64,000 nucleotides of DNA, taken from NCBI GenBank assembly GCA_025358305.1, contig JANYJZ010000018.1, positions 19,403 through 83,402 on the forward strand, given 5' to 3'. Source of the DNA: Ignavibacteriota bacterium. GTDB taxonomy: Bacteria > Bacteroidota > Ignavibacteria > UBA10030 > SZUA-254. Position numbers and translations under genes: made by a program. Positions 1-8,639 of the stretch are shown in pieces (the first letter of the stretch is position 1; the number at the start of each line of letters is the position of its first letter). The notes under the pieces were generated by a model. It saw only the letters and a list, made by a program, of their open reading frames with translations, was not told the DNA's origin and ran no database searches.

Positions 1-1334
1 TAATTTGCGCTGTAACTGATGCCGATGTCCTCGTACCACGCCACCTTCTCGCCGCCCTGCGGCGAGGATCCGGACCGGAACGGGTTGCTTTGGCTGTGGT
101 TGAAGTTGATCGACGGAAGGATCTCGTCGATCCGGCCGTCGCGCAGGTTCTGGCGCCGCCCGAGGCTGAAGGAAATGCTGTTCGGCGTGCCCTCCCACGA
201 CTTCGAGAGCGTCGCATTGGAGGCGATCGACTGATCCAACGCCTGGCGCAGGTCCCGCGTCACGAGGAACGAATTATTACTCGTAAAGGTGAAGTTGACC
301 CCGAGCCGTGTCGTCGGATCGAAGATCTGGCTGTGTGATAGATTGACGTGGTAGGAATTCTCCTCGGTACGCCCGGGGTCCGCATTTTCGCCGGTGTGAA
401 GTTTCTTATACTCGCCCGAGAGTGACCCGGAGTACTCGTACCGGACAGCGTAACGATAATCTGCGTACGCGGCCCATCCCCCCTTCGTGTAGAGGTCGGA
501 CCGGAGGCTGAGGTCCATATAATCGCTCAAGGCGAAGTAGTAGCCGAGATGGCTGAAGAACTTTCCCCTCCGTCCGTCCTCGCCGTATGCGGGAGCGATG
601 ATCCCGGAGCGCCGCCCCCGTTTGTTCGGGAAGACCCCGAACGGGAGCGCGAAGACCGGGACATCCGAGATGTAGAGGTAGACCGGCTCCGCTACGATCT
701 TATCCTGGAACATGATCTTCATCTTCGGGCTTCCGAAGTAGTAATGGGGATTCGGCGCATCGCATGTCGTGAAACGGCCGTCCTCGACGAACAGGACGTC
801 CGTATCGACCTTCTTGATCTCCTCCCCGTGATAGAATCCCTGATCGACCTTCGTGTCGCCGAGGTCAATTTTTCCCCGCTTCGATCGGAAGTTGTAGCCG
901 AGTGCGAAGCCGTGGTACTCCTCGCCGCCGTCCTTCATGACCGGCAAACCGATGTATTTCTTCCCGGTGGAATCTGTGCTGTCCGGAATGCCCGCGGCAT
1001 CCATGGTTGAGGTATTCCAGTTCACCAGGATGGTTTCCGCGTTGAGGTCCATGTCGCGGAACTTGATGTCGCCCTTCTTGTGAAGGGTCATCGTCCTTGA
1101 GGGGATCGAGTAGACGATCGAGTCGACAGCAGTGTAGGTGATGAGCGTGTCCACGCCGGATGGCGCGGTCGAATCCTTCCGGACGGCGGTCGAATCAGTA
1201 GATCCTCTGAGTGAATCTGCGGATACCTTGAGCGAATCTGTGAATACCTTGAGCGAATCCACGGGGAGCGCCCGTTGTGCGAAGACCGAGCCCGACGCGA
1301 GAAATCCGAGGAGGATGAGGGTGCAGAGGCGCAT
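1..1334 (-). CDS. lptD: Putative LPS-assembly protein LptD (FCB type), runs off window start
   Basis: Absent from the ORF track because it has no stop in the window. Hand translation from ATG at 1334: signal peptide MRLCTLILLGFLASGSVFAQ, then ...YTAVDSIVY..., GRFTTCDAPNPHYYF, VFALPFGVFP, GYYFALSDYMD, typical of Bacteroidota LptD/OstA. Confidence 0.8.
   Translation of the reverse strand, partial: MRLCTLILLGFLASGSVFAQRALPVDSLKVFTDSLKVSADSLRGSTDSTAVRKDSTAPSGVDTLITYTAVDSIVYSIPSRTMTLHKKGDIKFRDMDLNAETILVNWNTSTMDAAGIPDSTDSTGKKYIGLPVMKDGGEEYHGFALGYNFRSKRGKIDLGDTKVDQGFYHGEEIKKVDTDVLFVEDGRFTTCDAPNPHYYFGSPKMKIMFQDKIVAEPVYLYISDVPVFALPFGVFPNKRGRRSGIIAPAYGEDGRRGKFFSHLGYYFALSDYMDLSLRSDLYTKGGWAAYADYRYAVRYEYSGSLSGEYKKLHTGENADPGRTEENSYHVNLSHSQIFDPTTRLGVNFTFTSNNSFLVTRDLRQALDQSIASNATLSKSWEGTPNSISFSLGRRQNLRDGRIDEILPSINFNHSQSNPFRSGSSPQGGEKVAWYEDIGISYSAN
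1155..1259 (-). repeat. 5 x 21-nt degenerate tandem repeat inside lptD N-terminus (DSLKVFT DSLKVSA DSLRGST DSTAVRK DSTAPSG)
   Basis: GAATC recurs on + strand at 1171, 1192, 1213, 1234, 1255 (exact 21-nt period). Confidence 0.85.
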
Positions 1335-1341
1335 GCGGTCG

Positions 1342-2310
1342 CTAGAGGATGAGCGCCGCCGCGCCGATGATGCCGGCGGTATTACCGAGGCTTGCCCGCA
1401 CGATGCGGACGCCCGCCTTATGCGGCGTGAGGATCCTCGCCTTCACGGATGCTTCGACCGCATTCAAAACGAAATCCGGCGCCGCCGAAATGCCGCCGCC
1501 GATGACGGCGACCCGCACGTCGATGACGTTCATGACCGACGCGAGCGCCACGCCGAGGAGGTCGCCGGCCTCTGCAAAGATCTCGCGCGCAAGTGTGTCC
1601 CCCTGCTGGGCCGCCCGCGCGATGATGACCGGCTCGATCTTCCGGAGATCGCCTCCGACGAGCTCGATGATCTTTGATGGCGCACCTCCGCGCGGCCTCG
1701 TCTCGAGGATCTCTCGGGTCCGGTCGGAGAGATAGCGCTGTCCGATGTAGCTCTCGATGCAGCCTCTATTGCCGCAGCCGCAAAGCCGGCCGCGGTAGTC
1801 GATCGTAACGTGGCCGATCTCCCCCGCCCCGCCGTACGGGCCTGCGTAGATCTTCCGGTCAAGGATGATCCCGCCCCCGACGCCAGTCCCCCATATGACG
1901 AAGAGAAAGTCCTTGAAGTCCTTTCCCGCGCCGTAGTGCGCTTCGGCCATCGCCGCCGCATTGGCATCATTCGCGATCACCACGGTGAGCGAGACGCTTG
2001 AACGGATCGCTGCGGCGAGATCGTACTCTCCCCAGTCCGTGAAGTTCGGGGGATGACGGACGACGCCGTCCTCGCTCGACACGACTCCCGGCGAGCCGAT
2101 GCCAATGCCGAGGCAGTCAGCGATCGGGTGCTTGGTGAGGAGCTCGTTGATGACGCCCGTTATCTGACGAACGACGGCATCCGGGCCTTTCGACGCGGCC
2201 GCGTCCGCGGACGCCTGGGCGAGGATGGCGCCTGTCCCGTCGACGACGCCGGCCTTGACGGTCGTGGCACCGAGGTCGACGCCGATGACGAATGCGCCCG
2301 GACGCATCAT
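1342..2310 (-). CDS. ROK family sugar kinase (glucokinase)
   Basis: VIGVDLGAT, NDANAAA, GTGVGGG, EIGH..CGCGNRGCIE Zn motif. Start placed at the ATGA overlap with the rarA stop. Confidence 0.9.
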   Translation of the reverse strand: MMRPGAFVIGVDLGATTVKAGVVDGTGAILAQASADAAASKGPDAVVRQITGVINELLTKHPIADCLGIGIGSPGVVSSEDGVVRHPPNFTDWGEYDLAAAIRSSVSLTVVIANDANAAAMAEAHYGAGKDFKDFLFVIWGTGVGGGIILDRKIYAGPYGGAGEIGHVTIDYRGRLCGCGNRGCIESYIGQRYLSDRTREILETRPRGGAPSKIIELVGGDLRKIEPVIIARAAQQGDTLAREIFAEAGDLLGVALASVMNVIDVRVAVIGGGISAAPDFVLNAVEASVKARILTPHKAGVRIVRASLGNTAGIIGAAALIL

Positions 2311-3641
2311 CGTTTCTTCCCTTTCCACCATGCGTGCAGTCTTTCCTTGATCGTCAATTCCATCCCTTCGTCGGACGGATGATAGTAGACCTTTTGTTGC
2401 ATCGAATCCGGCAGGTATTGCTGATCGACAAAATGGCCGGGAAAGTCGTGGCTGTATTTGTACCCCGCGCCATACGACAGCGACTTCATAAGCTCGGTCG
2501 GCGCATTTCGGAGATGAAGGGGCACTTCGGGCGTGAGGCCCTTGCGGACGTCGCCCATGGCGGATTCAATGGACATGTAGGAGGCATTGCTCTTCGGCGC
2601 GGAAGCAAGATAGGTCGCCGCCTGTGCGAGGATGATCCGCGCCTCCGGCATGCCGACGAAATCCACCGCCGAAAAGCAGGTGGTCGCCAGCGTCAGGGCG
2701 TGGGGGTCGGCGTTGCCGACATCCTCCGACGCGAGGATGATCATCCGGCGGGCGATGAATTTCGGATCTTCGCCCCCTTCGAGCATGCGCGCGAGCCAGT
2801 AGACGGCCGCGTCGGGATCGCTTCCCCGCATGCTCTTGATGAACGCCGAGATGATGTTATAGTGTTCTTCCCCGCCCTTGTCATAGTTCGCCGTTCTCCG
2901 CTGAAAGGCGTCGCGTAACGTCTGCCCCGATACGACCGTGCGGCCTTTTGCGTCAGGACGCACGAGCCGGGAAGCCGTTTCGAGACCGTTGAGCATCATG
3001 CGCGCGTCCCCGGAGGCGAGGACCATGAGAAGCGCCCGCTCGGGCTCTGCGATGACGAGTGAACGTTTCGCCATCTCCGGGTCGGCCGCGAGGGCGTGGT
3101 CGAGGATTGCGTTGAGTTCGGGGACGAGGAGCGCATGGAGCGTATAGACTAGGCAGCGCGAAAGGAGCGGGGAGATCACTTCGAATGACGGGTTCTCCGT
3201 CGTAGCGCCGATGAGGGTGAGAATGCCGTCCTCCACGCTGTGGAGAAGGGCGTCCTGCTGGGCCTTGTTGAACCGGTGGATCTCATCGATGAAGAGTATC
3301 GTCTGCGCGTTGAGCTTCCGGTAATGGACTTCCGCGCGCTCGATGACCTTGCGGACCTCCTGGACACCCGATGAGACGGCATTGAGCTGGAAGAACTCCG
3401 CTTGGACCGAACCGGCGATCAACCGGGCAAGGGTCGTCTTGCCGCAGCCGGGCGGTCCCCAAAAGATCATGGACGGGATGGAGGACGATTGGATAAGGAT
3501 GCGCAGTGGCTTCCCCGCGCCGAGAAGATGGTCCTGACCGACGAACTCCGCGATGGCCTTCGGACGCACTCGCTCCGCGAGCGGCACCACAGGGGATTGA
3601 CGTCGTGGATCGCGAAGGGATTGCTGTTCGAAGAGTTCCAT
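2307..3641 (-). CDS. rarA: Replication-associated recombination AAA+ ATPase RarA/MgsA
   Basis: [57 protein letters not shown]. Confidence 0.95.
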   Translation of the reverse strand: MELFEQQSLRDPRRQSPVVPLAERVRPKAIAEFVGQDHLLGAGKPLRILIQSSSIPSMIFWGPPGCGKTTLARLIAGSVQAEFFQLNAVSSGVQEVRKVIERAEVHYRKLNAQTILFIDEIHRFNKAQQDALLHSVEDGILTLIGATTENPSFEVISPLLSRCLVYTLHALLVPELNAILDHALAADPEMAKRSLVIAEPERALLMVLASGDARMMLNGLETASRLVRPDAKGRTVVSGQTLRDAFQRRTANYDKGGEEHYNIISAFIKSMRGSDPDAAVYWLARMLEGGEDPKFIARRMIILASEDVGNADPHALTLATTCFSAVDFVGMPEARIILAQAATYLASAPKSNASYMSIESAMGDVRKGLTPEVPLHLRNAPTELMKSLSYGAGYKYSHDFPGHFVDQQYLPDSMQQKVYYHPSDEGMELTIKERLHAWWKGKKR

Positions 3642-3717
3642 GGGTGCGTGTGCGAGGCTTGGTGGACCTACCGCTGCCCGGTTCAGTACGAGGGGCGAAC
3701 CTGACGTCCGGGTAGCA

Positions 3718-4062
3718 TCACTTGTCCTTCTTCACTTTGTAGACCGTCTCCCCTTCCCGAACCATGCCATAGCGTTCCCGGGCGACCTTCTCGATCGCGC
3801 GCGTGTCATGGTCCAGGTCTTTGGAAAGGTGCTGGAGGCGAACCTGTTCCTGCTGGGCCTCGACGATCTTCTGCTGCATCATTTCCTTCTCAGAGGCGAG
3901 GCTGAGGCGCTTCATCACGCCTCGGTTACTCAGCATGATGAACGACAGGGCGGGTACGGTCACAAGGACCGTCAACAGAAGGGTCTTGTTGCTCGAGACC
4001 TTCTTCAGGGATGCGGGGATCCTGAACTTCGATCTTGCTTTTCGGTAGTATTGGCCGTCCAT
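3718..4062 (-). CDS. Septum formation initiator FtsB/DivIC family
   Basis: Single TM followed by coiled coil and IEKVARERYGMVREGE motif. Confidence 0.85.
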   Translation of the reverse strand: MDGQYYRKARSKFRIPASLKKVSSNKTLLLTVLVTVPALSFIMLSNRGVMKRLSLASEKEMMQQKIVEAQQEQVRLQHLSKDLDHDTRAIEKVARERYGMVREGETVYKVKKDK

Positions 4063-4069
4063 GGCCCTT

Positions 4070-4097
4070 AATGTACGAGATTTTCGCTCAATTACAA
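4070..4097 (-). promoter_or_regulatory. sigma70-type promoter TTGTAA-N16-TACATT, 7 nt before ftsB ATG
   Basis: AT-rich island with a hexamer pair read directly. Confidence 0.5.
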
Positions 4098-4115
4098 ATC
4101 AGCGCGAAGCGATGC

Positions 4116-5270
4116 TCATGATGCGAACCAATTGGATTTCGGGCGGAAGCCGCGCTTGAGCCTCAGGTTCGTCCGATGGCGCTCAAGCGCGAGCGCGATG
4201 AGCCGGTCGAGCAGCCGGGAATACGGGATCCCCGAAGCTTCCCACAGTTTGGGATACATGCTGATGGAAGTGAACCCGGGGATAGTATTGATCTCATTAA
4301 AGTAGACCGCATTGCTTCTCTTCGTTACGAGAAAATCCACGCGCGCCATCCCGGCGCCGTCGATCGCGCGATAACTCCTGACGGCGCAATCCATGACGCG
4401 ACGACTCACCGCCCGCGGCAATGCGGCAGGAATGACGGCCCGCGACTTGCCGTCGACGTACTTGGCATCGTAATCGTAGAATTCGTTCGACGAGATGATC
4501 TCGCCCGGGACCGAGGCGACAGGCTCATCATTGCCCAGGACGCTCACTTCGATCTCGCGGGATCTCTCGATCCCGCGCTCGATAAGGATCTTCCGGTCGT
4601 ACGCGCCGGCGAGGGCGATGGCCGCGATGAGCTCCTTCCTGTTGTGCGCCTTTGAAATACCGACGCTCGAACCAGAGTTCGACGGCTTCACGAACGCAGG
4701 ATAGCCGAGACGCTGCTCGATGAGCGGGACCATGGCCCGCATCTTCCTTCCCGCCCGGTCGTTGACGAACCAGAGGTAGGGTGCGACTGGTATGCCGGCG
4801 TGCTCACAGAGCTGTTTTGTGACGATCTTGTCCATGCCGACCGCTGACCCAAGGACGCCGGCGCCGACGTACGGGATCCCGGCGAGTTCGAGCAGGCCTT
4901 GGATCGTCCCGTCCTCGCCGAACGTCCCGTGGAGTACAGGGAAAACAACATCGAGCTTCTGGCGCCGGCCGGCACGCCGAGATCCGTGTACGGGCGATAG
5001 TCCCGGCATGGAGGGATCGGCCGTGAGCGTGCAGGCGGGGAGATGGCCCATCGGAGCGCGACGTTTCATGAGTGCCAGGACCTGCGGACCGCTCACCCAG
5101 GTGCCGCTCGGCGTGATGCCGATGGGGATGATCTCATATTTTCGCTTATCGAGGGCCTTGATGATCGACGCGGCCGAGACGAGCGAGACCTCATGCTCCG
5201 CCGAGCGTCCCCCAAAGATGACCCCGACGCGGATCTTTTTCTGCGCACGTGATTTCTTCTTGGTGCTCAT
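4116..5270 (-). CDS. ddl: D-alanine--D-alanine ligase
   Basis: [42 protein letters not shown]. Confidence 0.96.
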   Translation of the reverse strand: MSTKKKSRAQKKIRVGVIFGGRSAEHEVSLVSAASIIKALDKRKYEIIPIGITPSGTWVSGPQVLALMKRRAPMGHLPACTLTADPSMPGLSPVHGSRRAGRRQKLDVVFPVLHGTFGEDGTIQGLLELAGIPYVGAGVLGSAVGMDKIVTKQLCEHAGIPVAPYLWFVNDRAGRKMRAMVPLIEQRLGYPAFVKPSNSGSSVGISKAHNRKELIAAIALAGAYDRKILIERGIERSREIEVSVLGNDEPVASVPGEIISSNEFYDYDAKYVDGKSRAVIPAALPRAVSRRVMDCAVRSYRAIDGAGMARVDFLVTKRSNAVYFNEINTIPGFTSISMYPKLWEASGIPYSRLLDRLIALALERHRTNLRLKRGFRPKSNWFAS

Positions 5271-5276
5271 GTGATA

Positions 5277-6035
5277 TCAGGACCTGATCATGTGTCGGAT
5301 GGCCGAAAGGAGATCGGCGTTCGAAGGCGCCTCGACCTCGCGCGCACGGGCGGGATCGGCCGGGAGGCAGGCGTTGCCTTCCGGAACCTGTTTCCCATAC
5401 GCAGCCAGGCTCACCGCCTTGAGCTTGTTCAATTGTTCGGCCGTAAGCTTCTCCTCGCCTCCCAGGATGCGCGCAAGCAAAAGGATGTGCGCGGCATGTT
5501 CGACCTTCTCCATCTTGTCGTATGCCTCGTTAAGGTCGCGGCCGTATGTCACCACGCCGTGGTTCTTCAGGAGTATGGCCGTGGCCGACTTCACGAACGG
5601 CGCGAGCGAGGCGGCGACTTCGGGTGTGGACGGAGTCGCATACTCCGCCAGGGGGATCGCGCCAAGGCCGACGATCACTTCCGGGAACACGCAGCCGTCC
5701 AGGCCCAGGCCCGCGACCGCGAATGCCGTGGCGTAGGGAGGATGGGCGTGCACGACTGCTCCTATGTCGGTACGCTCTTGGTAGATGAAGAGATGCATGC
5801 CCAACTCGCTCGAAGGCTTGAGAGGGGACGACACCGGCTCCCCCATAGCGTTCACCTCCACGATGTCGTTTGCGGTCGTCAGGGCCTTATTGAGCGCTGT
5901 CCGGGTCGAGAGGAAGTTCCCGTTTCCGAGACGAGCGGTGACGTTGCCGTCGGTGGCGGCGACAAGGCCTTTGGCGGAAAGTCGGCGGGAGACATCCACT
6001 ATCTCACGGATCAGATCGGCTCGCCGGTCGGACAT
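5277..6035 (-). CDS. Class II aldolase/adducin family protein with C-terminal extension
   Basis: DGNV, PSSE..MH, VHAHPP, LLKNHG metal-binding motifs. Confidence 0.9.
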   Translation of the reverse strand: MSDRRADLIREIVDVSRRLSAKGLVAATDGNVTARLGNGNFLSTRTALNKALTTANDIVEVNAMGEPVSSPLKPSSELGMHLFIYQERTDIGAVVHAHPPYATAFAVAGLGLDGCVFPEVIVGLGAIPLAEYATPSTPEVAASLAPFVKSATAILLKNHGVVTYGRDLNEAYDKMEKVEHAAHILLLARILGGEEKLTAEQLNKLKAVSLAAYGKQVPEGNACLPADPARAREVEAPSNADLLSAIRHMIRS

Positions 6036-6037
6036 GC

Positions 6038-7867
6038 TCAGAGGGCGCTCAAGATGTCATCGATGACGTGGTATTTCTGGAACGGCGGCATGAGATACAT
6101 GCCGGCCACTGCAGGCTTCGCTTCCTTGAGGAAGTCCACGGAGAGCTGGACGCCCACTTTGACGGCGTCCTTCCCTGACGTCCGCATGATCTCCCGGAAC
6201 TTCTCCGGTATCCGCATTCCCGGGACCTCGTTGTGGAGGAAGTCCGCGTGCTTGAAACTTCGCAGCGGAATGATGCCGAGCATGAGAGGAACCTTCAGAT
6301 GCTCGATCTTCTTCAGGAACGTCTCGAGCGTCTTCATCTCGAAAAGGGGCTGCGTGAAGAGGATATTCGCGCCCGCCTCGACCTTCCGCGTCGTTTTCTC
6401 CACTTCCGCCTCGAGGTTGTCGGCGCAGGGATTGGCGGCGCAGGCAATGAGGAACGACGTCGGCGCGCCAATGGAGTTGCCCATGATGTCCGTGCCCTGG
6501 TTCATGGAATGGATCGCTCGGATGAGGCCGGAAGAGTCGACGTCATAGACGGAATTGGCGTGCGGATAATCCCCAATGCCCGCGGGATCCCCCGTGATGC
6601 AAAGGACGTTACGCACCCCGAGGGCGTAGGCGCCGAGAAGTTCCGCCTGGAGCCCGATGAGGTTCCGGTCCCGAGTGGCGAGGTGCATCATGCTCTCGAT
6701 GCCGACGCGCTGCTGCACCTGGGCCGAAATGGCGATCGAGCTCATCCGGAGCCGGGCGCGGGCTCCGTCGGTGATATTCACCGCATCGATCTTCCGCTCG
6801 TAGCAATACTGTGCCCCTTCGAAGACCGCCGTCATGTCGAGGCCGCGCGGGATGTCTAACTCCACAGTCATGAGGAACTTCTTCCCGATATTGCGGGAGA
6901 AGTTCGACCACCGAGTTGGTTCGATGTAATACCGCGTTTCAGGCGATGCAGCGACAGAAGCCGAGGATCGTTCCTCCTTTTTCATCGCGGGCTTGCCGAC
7001 GCTCATGCCTCTCACGGCATTCGCGATGGCCCGAATATGCGCCGGCGTCGATCCGCAGCACGCACCGACGAGCGTGACGCCCGATCCGACGAGCTCGCGT
7101 GCATACGCTCCCAGATACTCCGGCGTCGTATGGTAGATCGATCGGCCGTTGAGGAGCGTCGGAATGCCGGCAGCCGGCTGCGCCGAGAGGATGATCCCGT
7201 CCTTATGAAGGTTCCGGATGATGCTGAACATGCGTTGAGGTCCGACCGTGCAGTTCGCGCCCACGATCTCGGCCCCCTGTTCGATGAGGTGCTCGATGAC
7301 CTGGATCGGGAACGAGCCGCTAAGGATCGCACCGTCCTCTGCGAATGCTTTCTGGGCCACGATGGGGAGGTCAGTGAGCTCCTTCACCGCGGCGAGAGCC
7401 TCGTCGAGTTCCTGGACGCTGACGAAGGTCTCGAGCATGATAAGGTCCACGCCGGCCTCGAGAAGGACCTCCGCCTGCTCCCGAAAAGCGTCGCGTGCCT
7501 GCTGGCGCCGGATCTTGCCGATGGGCTCCAGAAGCATCCCGGTGGGACCCATGGCTCCGGCGACGTAAACGTCGTCCCCCGCCGCCCTGCGGGCGATCTC
7601 CACTCCGCGGAGGTTCATCTCGCGAAGCTTGTCTTCGAGGTGGAATTGGGTAAGGCGAAGTCGGTTGCACGAGAACGTATTCGACTCGATGATCTCGGAG
7701 CCCGCATCGATATACTCCCGGTGAAGGCGCTCGATTATCTCCGGATTCTTCAGGTTCTGGATCTCATGGGGGAGCTCCTCGAACCCCTGAAGGTCGAGCA
7801 ACGTACCCATCGCACCGTCACAGACGATCGGGCCTTCCTTAATGCGTTCGCGGAATGGTTTCTTCAT
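6038..7867 (-). CDS. yitJ: Bifunctional homocysteine S-methyltransferase / methylenetetrahydrofolate reductase (YitJ-like)
   Basis: DGAMGT, GANC and GACCGS Zn ligands in the HMT domain. C-terminal MTHFR domain (RDRN, ITGDP, TQP). Confidence 0.9.
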   Translation of the reverse strand: MKKPFRERIKEGPIVCDGAMGTLLDLQGFEELPHEIQNLKNPEIIERLHREYIDAGSEIIESNTFSCNRLRLTQFHLEDKLREMNLRGVEIARRAAGDDVYVAGAMGPTGMLLEPIGKIRRQQARDAFREQAEVLLEAGVDLIMLETFVSVQELDEALAAVKELTDLPIVAQKAFAEDGAILSGSFPIQVIEHLIEQGAEIVGANCTVGPQRMFSIIRNLHKDGIILSAQPAAGIPTLLNGRSIYHTTPEYLGAYARELVGSGVTLVGACCGSTPAHIRAIANAVRGMSVGKPAMKKEERSSASVAASPETRYYIEPTRWSNFSRNIGKKFLMTVELDIPRGLDMTAVFEGAQYCYERKIDAVNITDGARARLRMSSIAISAQVQQRVGIESMMHLATRDRNLIGLQAELLGAYALGVRNVLCITGDPAGIGDYPHANSVYDVDSSGLIRAIHSMNQGTDIMGNSIGAPTSFLIACAANPCADNLEAEVEKTTRKVEAGANILFTQPLFEMKTLETFLKKIEHLKVPLMLGIIPLRSFKHADFLHNEVPGMRIPEKFREIMRTSGKDAVKVGVQLSVDFLKEAKPAVAGMYLMPPFQKYHVIDDILSAL

Positions 7868-7881
7868 GATCCCTTGGCGAT

Positions 7882-7912
7882 AAAAAAAATCCCGTTATAC
7901 GGGATAACGGGA
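7882..7912 (-). terminator. Intrinsic terminator-like hairpin (9-bp stem, 5-nt loop, U8) just upstream of yitJ
   Basis: Minus strand reads TCCCGTTAT-CCCGT-ATAACGGGA-TTTTTTTT. Confidence 0.7.
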
Positions 7913-7914
7913 GT

Positions 7915-7943
7915 AAAATACCAAATACAGCATAGATTTCCAA
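7915..7943 (-). promoter_or_regulatory. sigma70-type promoter TTGGAA-N17-(TGn)TATTTT for the yitJ operon
   Basis: 17-nt spacer and extended -10; same architecture as other promoters in the window. Confidence 0.55.
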
Positions 7944-7954
7944 ACGGAGGGTGT

Positions 7955-8104
7955 TGTACCGCATCGGCATACGCTGAAACGCTCCTCAGGGTCAGGGAGG
8001 GCCGACTTGTGCCATTGCGCTCGAACGTCTCCGCAACTCAGGAGGACCGGATGGCCTACATCGGCAGCTGCGGAGCGCCGGACGGGGGCGGCCTAGCCGG
8101 TACA
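7955..8104. ncRNA. Unassigned 150-nt structured element (long irregular hairpin)
   Basis: Nine colinear nested complementary segments (TGTACCG/CGGTACA ... GCCAT/ATGGC). I could not match it to any family I recognise. Confidence 0.45.
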
Positions 8105-8111
8105 CGCGGGG

Positions 8112-8639
8112 TCACCGCGCTTGCTGCAAAAGCGGAAGAAGTGCGTTCTTGAAACGATCATAACTCTTTTCCCCGACGAACATTGCTCGGCGATCACCTT
8201 TCCGATCGAAGAGGAAGGTCGCTGGTATCGCTCCCCCCCAATCCTTGCCGAGACCGTTGATAAACACCTCTTCGGAAGTGTCGCGTTCGATGTAGGTGAC
8301 AAAATCGACGCCGAGCGTATCGAGCACCGGCTGTACGGCACTCATGAGAAGGTCCGGATCGTCGGAAGAGACGATAATGAGCTTCAACCCGCTGCTGTCG
8401 TACTCGCGACGGAGCTTCAGGAGGCTCGGCAGTTCGACACGGCATGGGACGCACCATGTCGCCCAAACGGTCACCATGACGACGCTCCCGGAATCGCGGC
8501 GGATCAGATCGTTGAGTCCCGCCGCGGTGACGCCTTCAATCGGCGGGAGAACCCTCGCGCGCGGTTGTGAGGCCGCGAACGAGTGGAGTGCAAGAATGGG
8601 GCAGAGAAGCAGTGCGGCCCGAAGAGAACGTTTCCTCAC
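8112..8639 (-). CDS. TlpA/ResA-like thiol:disulfide oxidoreductase, exported
   Basis: Signal peptide, VWATWCVPC, IPATFLFD. Confidence 0.88.
   Translation of the reverse strand: MRKRSLRAALLLCPILALHSFAASQPRARVLPPIEGVTAAGLNDLIRRDSGSVVMVTVWATWCVPCRVELPSLLKLRREYDSSGLKLIIVSSDDPDLLMSAVQPVLDTLGVDFVTYIERDTSEEVFINGLGKDWGGAIPATFLFDRKGDRRAMFVGEKSYDRFKNALLPLLQQAR

Noticed and set aside
1155..1259. Periodic repeat as a CRISPR array
   Set aside because: The 21-nt period has no spacers and is in frame inside a CDS; there are no cas genes.
4116..5270. Ddl as a Van-type D-Ala-D-Lac ligase
   Set aside because: It has the standard FYDYDAKY motif and no vanH/vanX neighbours.
7895..7933. 12-codon ORF MLYLVFYSRYPV as an attenuator leader peptide
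   Set aside because: Not Met/Cys-rich, has no clear RBS, and overlaps the predicted promoter and terminator, which already explain the sequence.
7955..8104. Assignment of the structured element as a SAM-I, SAH or cobalamin riboswitch, SRP or 6S RNA
   Set aside because: The core consensus segments are absent or in the wrong order, so it is left unassigned.
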